Shown here: in pieces, positions 31,615-39,123 of the stretch
Numbering within the stretch: position 1 is the stretch's first letter
How the letters are laid out: the number at the start of each line of letters is the position of its first letter
IMG/VR virus record: IMGVR_UViG_3300035181_000357
Location: 124,001 to 188,000 of that record
Direction: 5' to 3' (one strand)
DNA: 64,000 nt
The notes under the pieces: generated by a model
The model's database searches: none
Seen by the model: only the letters and a program-made list of their open reading frames with translations
What the model was told of the DNA's origin: nothing
Position numbers and translations under genes: made by a program

Positions 31615-32169
31615 ATGACTTGTATTGTCGGGATGGTAAAAGATAACAAGGTATGGATCGGTGGTGATTCCGCAGGGTCAGACAACTCATCTATCTGTAT
31701 TCGTAGAGACCCAAAAGTGTTTAAAAATGGCCATTTCTTAATCGGTTTCTGTGGAAGTTTCAGATTTGGTCAGTTACTACATTATAAGTTCACCCCACCA
31801 TTAAACTCTGAAGAGAAAGATGCTTTCAGCTTCATGGTGACCGATTTTGCTGATGCAGTTAGAGAATTAGCGAAAGAACATGGTATCTTGAAGATAGAAG
31901 ATAATGTAGAAGAGTTAGAAGATATCCAACTCTTAATAGGATATCAAGGAAGATTATTCACTCTCGAAGAAGATTTTCAGATTGGTGAAGTAGAGAATGA
32001 ATACTATGCGGTTGGTGAAGGTATGGATCTGGCATTGGGATCTATGTATACTACCAGTAGACAGAAACGTGGATATACACCAAGGAAGAGGCTCGAGATG
32101 GCATTAGAAGCTTCAGCACTCTTCTGTAAGAGCGTGGCTCCCCCGTTCGTTATATTAGGATTACAATAA
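31615..32169 (+). CDS. Ntn-hydrolase, HslV/proteasome-beta-like peptidase
   Basis: MTCIVG N-terminal Thr nucleophile, GGDS, AVGEG..LALGS. Confidence 0.75.
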   Translation: MTCIVGMVKDNKVWIGGDSAGSDNSSICIRRDPKVFKNGHFLIGFCGSFRFGQLLHYKFTPPLNSEEKDAFSFMVTDFADAVRELAKEHGILKIEDNVEELEDIQLLIGYQGRLFTLEEDFQIGEVENEYYAVGEGMDLALGSMYTTSRQKRGYTPRKRLEMALEASALFCKSVAPPFVILGLQ

Positions 32170-32399
32170 TGAAAACTATGAGTTTCTATGAAATTTCCAT
32201 AAGATTTATAAAGAGTTACTTTGATGGGATAACTGTTGAAGTAGGTCAAACATGGAGAGATCCAGAAATAGATACATTCAATCTAGATTTTGTTATTGCC
32301 GAGATAGATAAGAATAGAGTATATCTAAGAAGTTCGTCATTCGTGAGAACTAATAAATCTATCCGACATCTAAAGACATTTTATGATTTCGTGAAGTAA
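32169..32399 (+). CDS. Hypothetical protein
   Basis: 76-aa ORF translationally coupled to upstream gene. Confidence 0.5.
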   Translation: MKTMSFYEISIRFIKSYFDGITVEVGQTWRDPEIDTFNLDFVIAEIDKNRVYLRSSSFVRTNKSIRHLKTFYDFVK

Positions 32400-32457
32400 T
32401 AATGAACTGAAGGACTTTGAACCCTTCTAATCCGTCGCCTCCGGGGACAAAACAAAT

Positions 32458-32477
32458 ACTCGCTTAACGAAAGGAGT
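32458..32477 (+). promoter_or_regulatory. ROSE-like RNA thermometer hairpin over hsp20 SD
   Basis: ACTC(G)CTT pairs with AAGGAGT with bulged G; contains U(U/C)GCU motif. Confidence 0.55.
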
Positions 32478-32481
32478 CATT

Positions 32482-32904
32482 ATGACCAGATACCGAGTAG
32501 ATATCTTTAACCAACTCGATCCCTTCTTCCTAGGTTTCGAATCCATGTTTGACCGCTTCGATCATTTCTTTGGAGCAAAGCAAGGTAGCTATCCACCTCA
32601 CAATGTTGTAGAGGTTGGAGCTAACAAGTTCGATATTGAGATCGCTTTAGCTGGCTTTAAAAAGTCAGATATTGATATCTCTGTCTTTGAACACAATTTA
32701 ACCATTAAACACGTCAAGACAGAGAAAACTGAGGATGACGGTGTACGATATCGTGGGATCGCTAAACGCGAATTCACCAAGATCTTCACCCTATCTGATG
32801 CGATCAATGTTATTGGTGCTGAATTAGAAGATGGTCTGTTAAAGATTCATCTCGAGAAGATTGATCCTACGAAAACTGCTGCTGTAAAAATTAACATCAA
32901 GTAA
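32482..32904 (+). CDS. ibpA: Small heat-shock protein Hsp20/IbpA family
   Basis: YPPHNVVE, IEIALAGF, YRGIAKREF, AELEDGLLKI. Confidence 0.9.
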   Translation: MTRYRVDIFNQLDPFFLGFESMFDRFDHFFGAKQGSYPPHNVVEVGANKFDIEIALAGFKKSDIDISVFEHNLTIKHVKTEKTEDDGVRYRGIAKREFTKIFTLSDAINVIGAELEDGLLKIHLEKIDPTKTAAVKINIK

Positions 32905-32923
32905 CTTCGAAGGGTTCAAAGTC

Positions 32924-32949
32924 AAAGGCCACCAATTGGTGGCCTTTTT
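32924..32949 (+). terminator. Intrinsic (probably bidirectional) terminator
   Basis: AAAGGCCACC-AATT-GGTGGCCTTT followed by T run, between convergent genes. Confidence 0.85.
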
Positions 32950-32977
32950 CATTACTAATTTTCAAGAAGATCCATTA

Positions 32978-34183
32978 CTAACTTCTTACGTAATATTTCC
33001 CACCTGCCACAGTCATGTTATCTGAGAAGATGACGTGCTCTGGGATAGCTTGCTTTAAGAATGTATCGACATGCCAGACACAGAAGCTTTGATGACTCTT
33101 ATTCATTCTCTCTTGATATTCAAAGTCAATCTTAGCCATACAACCCATGACGACCCAGTGAATAGGTCCCATAGTAAGGTTGGCAGTTGATCTCATATCA
33201 GTACGATGTGTATGACCACTGCATCCAGACATTCCGAATCCGTTATCACCATGATGATCAACCACAACAGTGTTGTAGTATACTTTGAAGTTGTTCTTGA
33301 TCTCAGTACGAACATCAGCTGGTTTGAAAGCTGCAAAGTCGATTCTGGATACTAGGTTGATTTCAAATTCGTCTAGGCCTAGGACCTTGGAAAGTGAAAT
33401 ACCCATTAGATCCATGAGGGGTCTGATTTGAGGGCTACGATCAGCCATATACTTCATAATCCTGAGATCATGGTTCCCGATTACAAAATCGATTTGAGTG
33501 TTCGGACAAACCTTACGCAGTGGCTTGAAGATGTGATCCCTGACATAGTCAAAGGCTTCTTTCAAGTTCATCTGTCTTGGATCATTCGTAAATCTGCTAA
33601 ATTCAATCTCATCAAATACGTCGCCAGCAAGAACGATAGTATCTGGTTTCAATCTGGCAGCAACATCCAAGAACGTCTTCCAACAGAATGTATCTAGTTG
33701 CTTATCATGTAAGTCACTACATACCATTACCGTCTTATATCTCTCAGAATCTTCGGGACGCTCGTACTTGCCCAGGTAAGGTTGAACTTCCATTTCGAAG
33801 AAACCTCGATATCTGTCAGTAGCCGCATGACGAGCTATATCTTTCTCGATCTGAGCTGCACCTCTATGTAAATCCAACCCGGCCTTACGTCTAAATTCTT
33901 GGAAGGTTCCAAACTTGTTGGACCAACAACGATCACTATACTTTCCATGAATTCGATAGAAATCTCGAGTTATGTACTTGTATGGATTCTCGTCTTTTAC
34001 TTTTCTAAGATCTTCGATCAGATCCTCGGACTTTGCAGTCGGATCATATTTCTTAGAAAGTTCAGATAGAAGAGCTTGATGTGATTGGGATCTTTTGGAT
34101 TCAGCGTCTACACGCTTCTGTTCTAGTTTCTCTGGTACAATCTTTTTTGATGCCACTCTCGTTCTCCGTGAAAGACTTCTCAT
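32978..34183 (-). CDS. Calcineurin-like metallophosphoesterase with N-terminal extension
   Basis: SDLH, AGDVFD, GNHD, GHTHR motifs. Confidence 0.8.
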   Translation of the reverse strand: MRSLSRRTRVASKKIVPEKLEQKRVDAESKRSQSHQALLSELSKKYDPTAKSEDLIEDLRKVKDENPYKYITRDFYRIHGKYSDRCWSNKFGTFQEFRRKAGLDLHRGAAQIEKDIARHAATDRYRGFFEMEVQPYLGKYERPEDSERYKTVMVCSDLHDKQLDTFCWKTFLDVAARLKPDTIVLAGDVFDEIEFSRFTNDPRQMNLKEAFDYVRDHIFKPLRKVCPNTQIDFVIGNHDLRIMKYMADRSPQIRPLMDLMGISLSKVLGLDEFEINLVSRIDFAAFKPADVRTEIKNNFKVYYNTVVVDHHGDNGFGMSGCSGHTHRTDMRSTANLTMGPIHWVVMGCMAKIDFEYQERMNKSHQSFCVWHVDTFLKQAIPEHVIFSDNMTVAGGKYYVRS

Positions 34184-34297
34184 AGGACCTTGAAGTTAGG
34201 AAATAGTTCGTGGTCCCCAGTTAGAAGACTAATAGCTCAAGGCAGTGGATTCTGGGATAAATAATCTGCTAGGACTATAGGAAATAGACTTAATAGA

Positions 34298-34330
34298 TTG
34301 TCCATTATTAAGATTGTTTGGTAATCTAGT
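34298..34330 (+). promoter_or_regulatory. Conserved phage promoter motif, copy 1
   Basis: TTGTCC-N18-TAATCT-AGT upstream of GGAGG RBS. Confidence 0.7.
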
Positions 34331-34342
34331 TTGGAGGTAACT

Positions 34343-34990
34343 GTGCTCAGAGATTCTCTCAAACCCAGAATTGAAGAGGCTTCGGCTTCTAAATCCTATG
34401 GTCCAGAGATTCTCCACGGTCTCATCGAGAAAGAATCCACGTACCGACCCGATGCTGTGTCAGAGACTGGTGTTCGAGGTCTATGTCAATTGACCGAGGC
34501 TACAGCGAAGGAAGTCATCCAAAAACATGGTCTGAAAATGCCGATATCAGCTATCTTAAAACCTGAAAATCAGGTGTTGTTAGCAAGTTTGCGTTTAGAA
34601 GAGATGATTGGACGAGTGGAAGCCAGGTATCCCAAGCTGTCTGAAGAAAAACAACTGGAACTCGCTCTTCATGCCTACAACGCTGGTTACTCAGCCGTTA
34701 CAACGGCAGTATCTAAAGGTGGGATAAAGGGTTTCAAGCAGTTCTTGCCTAAGACTGCTGATAAGAAATATGCGATGAAAGTAATGTTCCACAGTAAATC
34801 CTGGAAAGTAGGAAAGGTCCAGACCCAGGTTCCCACACCAAGGATTACGATCGCTCCTGAATTTTACCACTTCCTCCCATTCTTGACATTTTTATTTTTA
34901 GTATTCTACTTTGCTAAGAAGTATCAGACTACTGGTATCTTCGAGGTCGAGCCATGGGATTTGAAACAGGATGTGTTGAAGACGCTATAA
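34343..34990 (+). CDS. Soluble lytic transglycosylase (SLT domain) with C-terminal membrane helix
   Basis: LIEKES, GVRGLCQL, AYNAG motifs; GTG start at 34343 after GGAGG (track start 34331). Confidence 0.85.
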   Translation: MLRDSLKPRIEEASASKSYGPEILHGLIEKESTYRPDAVSETGVRGLCQLTEATAKEVIQKHGLKMPISAILKPENQVLLASLRLEEMIGRVEARYPKLSEEKQLELALHAYNAGYSAVTTAVSKGGIKGFKQFLPKTADKKYAMKVMFHSKSWKVGKVQTQVPTPRITIAPEFYHFLPFLTFLFLVFYFAKKYQTTGIFEVEPWDLKQDVLKTL

Positions 34991-35256
34991 TCCTCATCCA
35001 TCAGATGAAGAGTGAGTTTCTCGGTGATCTGGAAGGGCATAATAAGTTAGCTAACGAGGTGATCGCTACTCTCCGAGTAGAAGGCCCACGTATAGAGAAA
35101 AATAGAGATGTATTAGGGATCATAAACTTCCAATTGGTGAGATTGGCTGTATGTATACCAGATGAATTTGATGATCATCCACTGGTAGAGAAATTCAAGG
35201 ACAAGGTGCAGGATCTCTGCAATTGTTATGATGGTGGATTGGATTCCGGGGACTAA
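34954..35256 (+). CDS. Hypothetical protein
   Basis: 100-aa ORF overlapping the end of the SLT gene. Confidence 0.5.
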   Translation: MGFETGCVEDAIILIHQMKSEFLGDLEGHNKLANEVIATLRVEGPRIEKNRDVLGIINFQLVRLAVCIPDEFDDHPLVEKFKDKVQDLCNCYDGGLDSGD

Positions 35257-35285
35257 AGAACTTTAGATCTCTTATGTAGAGAGTT

Positions 35286-36110
35286 TTGATGTTCAAATCC
35301 CAGTTACTTAAGACAGCTGCTCCACCAGATCTTAATCCTAAGATCAGATATGTCTATCTCGGTGCGGAAGCTGCCAAGCTGATTCGTGATCTGGAGAAAT
35401 GTAAGGGTAAATTCCTAATACTTGAAGGTGTAGCAGGAGTATCCTCCAGCGCAGGTATCTTCCACAGCTTTGGAAATATAGATGTCACAATTCCATATAG
35501 AGAATTCCTATCGTTAAATAACGTGGAAAGAGTAGACTATAAGGATCATGACGACATAGTAAAGAATACAGCTATGTTCTACTCCAGGATTGTTGATGGT
35601 GAGTTGGTCGAAGCAAATTATTATGTCATCAGGGGAATTATATCATCTGTCCTATATGATAAGATGGATTCAGGAAAATTAAAATATCTAGCTAGTAAAG
35701 ATTTCGATGAATGGCATGAAGTATCTAATGGATATCGCTGGACAGACCACCATCAATCTACTCTACAAAAGATGCTCCGGAAGACTTCATTCGACAGTGT
35801 TAATGAATTGGTATGGTTTATTTTGATGTTCCTAGAACGAACTCTAAAATGTTGGGATCAATTTACAGACAAAGATATCAACAAGATTGAAGAAGTGTTG
35901 AGATCTGGGGTAAAGGATAAGATAAGACAGAGTACTGGATATACAGGTGAAAAAGAACTGATCATTATGGATAAGAGATTGGTGTTACCTCATGGGACTT
36001 CAATACACCATCTATATAATAAGATCATAGCACAGGATGGTAGTGGATATCTATTCGAGAAACTAAGAAAATTTGGAATAACCATGCCTGACGGTGACGA
36101 CGATGTTTAG
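35286..36110 (+). CDS. Hypothetical protein, paralog A of tandem pair
   Basis: Shares IRYVYLG, ILEGVAGVS, LNNVERVDY, TSFDSVNELVWF with next ORF. Confidence 0.7.
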   Translation: MMFKSQLLKTAAPPDLNPKIRYVYLGAEAAKLIRDLEKCKGKFLILEGVAGVSSSAGIFHSFGNIDVTIPYREFLSLNNVERVDYKDHDDIVKNTAMFYSRIVDGELVEANYYVIRGIISSVLYDKMDSGKLKYLASKDFDEWHEVSNGYRWTDHHQSTLQKMLRKTSFDSVNELVWFILMFLERTLKCWDQFTDKDINKIEEVLRSGVKDKIRQSTGYTGEKELIIMDKRLVLPHGTSIHHLYNKIIAQDGSGYLFEKLRKFGITMPDGDDDV

Positions 36111-36984
36111 ATCTAGTCTCTTAAAATCAGCTGCTCCTCCTAAGATGGATAAGAGGATAAAGTACGTATACCTAGGTCCAGATCATAGAAAATTTCTTAG
36201 AGATCTTCTAGAATCCAAGGGACGAAATCTCATCCTAAAGGGTGTAGTAGGGGTTTCCACAAACAAGAATATACTACATGAGTTCGGTGACTTTGGTATG
36301 ACAATGCCATATCAAGATTTTCTGAGACTCAACAATGTTGAGAGAATCGACTACAATAATCACAATGAGATAGTAAAGAACACGAACATGTTCTATAACA
36401 GAATGATCCATGGGTTCTTACAAGAGGCTAGTCCGAGTATCCTTAGCAATATCATGTATAGTATCCTAGGTGGTCTAGCTAGAGCATCTGAGATGAAAGA
36501 CCTATATAAGGTATTAAATCCACGAAAACTTATCCCGCCATTTGCTGAATCCGGGTATTACATTCAGACCTTCTATAAAGATTTCTGTGAACTGGTTGAT
36601 ACCACATCATTCGATAGTATAAATGAACTCGTATGGTTCACCATGATGTTCTTGGAGAAGACGTGGTCAGCATGGAAGAAACTAACTCAGAAAGATATAA
36701 ATCTTATAGAAAAGACCATAAGATACATAGTCAAGAAAAAGATAAAGGATGACGCTGATGCGTTCGCTCACGAGGAAGAAATTTTGATCATGGATCAGAA
36801 GCTCGTAGTACCTCGCGGTACGAAGATAGAAAATGGCCTCGGATACATCTTGGGTGGTAGGAAAGATCTAGATATTTTGATGGCAAAATTGAAGCAATTT
36901 GATCTCGTCTTAGAAGAAGGTGAGATGCTTGAACTCGAGATCCGAGTAGAGAATAATAAGAAGACATTGTCTTTAGCCAAATAG
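36094..36984 (+). CDS. Hypothetical protein, paralog B of tandem pair
   Basis: IKYVYLG, ILKGVVGVS, LNNVERIDY, TSFDSINELVWF; likely start ATG 36103. Confidence 0.7.
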   Translation: MTTMFRSSLLKSAAPPKMDKRIKYVYLGPDHRKFLRDLLESKGRNLILKGVVGVSTNKNILHEFGDFGMTMPYQDFLRLNNVERIDYNNHNEIVKNTNMFYNRMIHGFLQEASPSILSNIMYSILGGLARASEMKDLYKVLNPRKLIPPFAESGYYIQTFYKDFCELVDTTSFDSINELVWFTMMFLEKTWSAWKKLTQKDINLIEKTIRYIVKKKIKDDADAFAHEEEILIMDQKLVVPRGTKIENGLGYILGGRKDLDILMAKLKQFDLVLEEGEMLELEIRVENNKKTLSLAK

Positions 36985-37012
36985 CCTCTGGTAATTACTA
37001 TCTGAGGTATAT

Positions 37013-37408
37013 GTGTGTAAATGGTCTAGAGGGTTTGACGTAGCATCTGCTGCAGCTAAGCATTCTAATGCTCCATTCACTCGTGTACGTATGGGTGCCG
37101 CACTGTTTAGTGGTTCAAGATTGGTGAGTCTTGGATTCAATACCTATTACAAATCACATCCAGATCACCATGCACATGGTAGGGTAGGCCGTTGTTTCGA
37201 GAACATCCATGCAGAACAAGGTGCTCTGATCAAGAGAAAGCACTATGAGGATACTAACCTTATTATGTATGTGTGGCGGGAACTTGAATCTGGTCAGGCG
37301 GCTAGTTCCAAGCCTTGCCCGATGTGTATGACCTTAATGACTAAGGCTGGTGTGAAAAAGGTTAGATTTATGGAAATTGACGGTTCCTGGGCTGAAATCA
37401 AACTTTAG
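37013..37408 (+). CDS. Cytidine/dCMP deaminase-family Zn enzyme
   Basis: HAE and PCPMC zinc motifs; GTG start. Confidence 0.85.
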   Translation: MCKWSRGFDVASAAAKHSNAPFTRVRMGAALFSGSRLVSLGFNTYYKSHPDHHAHGRVGRCFENIHAEQGALIKRKHYEDTNLIMYVWRELESGQAASSKPCPMCMTLMTKAGVKKVRFMEIDGSWAEIKL

Positions 37409-37441
37409 TTACCCAGAACAGTAATTCTTACGTAATCTATT
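37409..37441 (+). promoter_or_regulatory. Conserved phage promoter motif, copy 2
   Basis: TTACCC-N18-TAATCT-ATT. Confidence 0.6.
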
Positions 37442-37449
37442 CCAGAGCG

Positions 37450-37713
37450 ATGATGCTCATCTCCACGAGGAATCCCATGCAGAAGCTGGTCAATCCTATC
37501 CTGATCGCCAACAAGCCTGAGACCTTCACTCCCTACCAGGTTCGCCAGGTCCAGAAGTTGTCTGAGAAGTTCCAGATGGTTTCGATCCCTGAAGCCGACC
37601 TGAACCGTACCCAGAAGGCTCCCCTGTCGGTCCTGTTCTACGACTGCAATGGGAAGCTGAACCTGTACCGCATCGGCCAGCATAACGTCCTCGGGAAGCG
37701 GGTTACTCGGTAA
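37450..37713 (+). CDS. Hypothetical protein
   Basis: 87 aa, C-ending codon bias like neighbours, downstream of promoter motif. Confidence 0.6.
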   Translation: MMLISTRNPMQKLVNPILIANKPETFTPYQVRQVQKLSEKFQMVSIPEADLNRTQKAPLSVLFYDCNGKLNLYRIGQHNVLGKRVTR

Positions 37714-37738
37714 ATCTACTGTTCAGAACCCCAATTCA

Positions 37739-37771
37739 TTGTCCAAAACGGTAAGAATCGCGTAATCTAGT
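37739..37771 (+). promoter_or_regulatory. Conserved phage promoter motif, copy 3
   Basis: TTGTCC-N18-TAATCT-AGT. Confidence 0.75.
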
Positions 37772-37787
37772 GTTCTGGAGGTGTTAA

Positions 37788-38474
37788 ATGGCTAAGACTG
37801 CCGTGATCGACGTGTTCGGTGCTGCCCCTGTGGTGCCCAGCAAGAGGAAGGCTGAAAAGGGTGAAAAGCCTGGTATCGAGTCCGGTGTGGCTCTCGCCAA
37901 GGTCGCCGCCATCGACTTCATCATGAAGTCTCTGAAGGGTGTTCGCGAGACCTACGAAGGCATGCTCAAAGACGAGATGCTGGACAAGTTCGTGGAAACT
38001 GGCCTGGCTGGTCAGAAGCGTCCAGACAACTACCGTGGTGTGAACGGTAAGGGTGAAGCTAGCTGCGAGATGCGCAAGCGTTCCACGGCATCACCTCTGT
38101 CGGATGATGAAGTGTCTGAGCTTGCGAAGCTCGGCATCGAAATCAAGCTGGAAACCGTGCAGGAAGAGATGTTCGTGTTCAACGCTGAAGTGCTGAAGAA
38201 CCCTGAACTTCGGGCCAAGATCTCGGCAGCTTTCGCCAAGATCGACTTCGGTGACATCCAGCCCATCTCCAAGATCGAAGCCCAGCAGAAGTACGTGGCC
38301 TCTGAGGAAGCGATCGAGGAAGTGTTCAAGAAGTCCAAGACCCAGGCGATCGGCTCCAAGTTGCTGTCGATGCTCACGACCCTGGCGGTCAAGAGCAAGT
38401 GGAATGGTAATAAGTCTGATGCCTACGCTCTCCTCGCGGAAGAGGACAGCATCACCTCGGTCACTCTGTCCTAA
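37788..38474 (+). CDS. Hypothetical protein
   Basis: 228 aa, GGAGG RBS, strong codon bias. Confidence 0.7.
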   Translation: MAKTAVIDVFGAAPVVPSKRKAEKGEKPGIESGVALAKVAAIDFIMKSLKGVRETYEGMLKDEMLDKFVETGLAGQKRPDNYRGVNGKGEASCEMRKRSTASPLSDDEVSELAKLGIEIKLETVQEEMFVFNAEVLKNPELRAKISAAFAKIDFGDIQPISKIEAQQKYVASEEAIEEVFKKSKTQAIGSKLLSMLTTLAVKSKWNGNKSDAYALLAEEDSITSVTLS

Positions 38475-39058
38475 TGTTCTACCCTCCTCGTCCAGAGAAG
38501 GCTGTCGATCCATCCGAGTTGGGGCGATTTGAATCACTCGGATGGATCGGTCAGTTCAAGAAGAATGGTACGTACACTGTACCGGATAGAGAGAAGGTCT
38601 ACACGAGGCATCTCGAACCTCACAAGTTGTGGAACCCAAACGACAGCAAGGCGATGACAGAGATCCGAAAGATTCCTGGGATCACTCTCTGTTCCGAACT
38701 CCTTCATAAGAAGGTTAGTGGTGGAAGCCAGGATACTCTGTACATACATGACATCCTCGTCATCAACAACGAAGATCTCGTTGGAGTATCCTACGAAGAC
38801 AGGTACAAGATGCTGTTGAATTTGTTCGTATGGAAAGATGAAGGAAACCCTGACTATTTTGTCGTAAACAAGAATCTATGGATCAGCAAGTGGATCTACA
38901 AAGGTTTCCTGAAAACGTTCAATGCCATGACCAATCCTGAAGATGAAGGTTTGGTTCTGAAGAATCCCAAAGCCAAACTGGCTTTCTGTGGTAAACCAGG
39001 AAGTAACAGTAGTTGGCAGATTAAGTGTCGCCGACCCCATAAGAATTACAGCTTCTGA
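38474..39058 (+). CDS. Minimal ATP-dependent ligase/nucleotidyltransferase (adenylation domain only)
   Basis: Motif I QFKKNG, III SELL, IIIa YIHDIL, IV EGLVLK, V WQIKCR; no OB domain. Confidence 0.7.
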   Translation: MFYPPRPEKAVDPSELGRFESLGWIGQFKKNGTYTVPDREKVYTRHLEPHKLWNPNDSKAMTEIRKIPGITLCSELLHKKVSGGSQDTLYIHDILVINNEDLVGVSYEDRYKMLLNLFVWKDEGNPDYFVVNKNLWISKWIYKGFLKTFNAMTNPEDEGLVLKNPKAKLAFCGKPGSNSSWQIKCRRPHKNYSF

Positions 39059-39073
39059 ATTGACCATTAAAAG

Positions 39074-39106
39074 TTACCTATTAGAGAAATGACCAAGTAA
39101 TCTAGT
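39074..39106 (+). promoter_or_regulatory. Conserved phage promoter motif, copy 4
   Basis: TTACCT-N18-TAATCT-AGT. Confidence 0.7.
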
Positions 39107-39123
39107 GGGTCGAGGAGGAAATA

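Larger units (their letters stand above)
32413..32923. repeat. 15-bp perfect inverted repeat flanking the hsp20 CDS
   Basis: GACTTTGAACCCTTC at 32413-32427 and GAAGGGTTCAAAGTC at 32909-32923. Confidence 0.85.
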
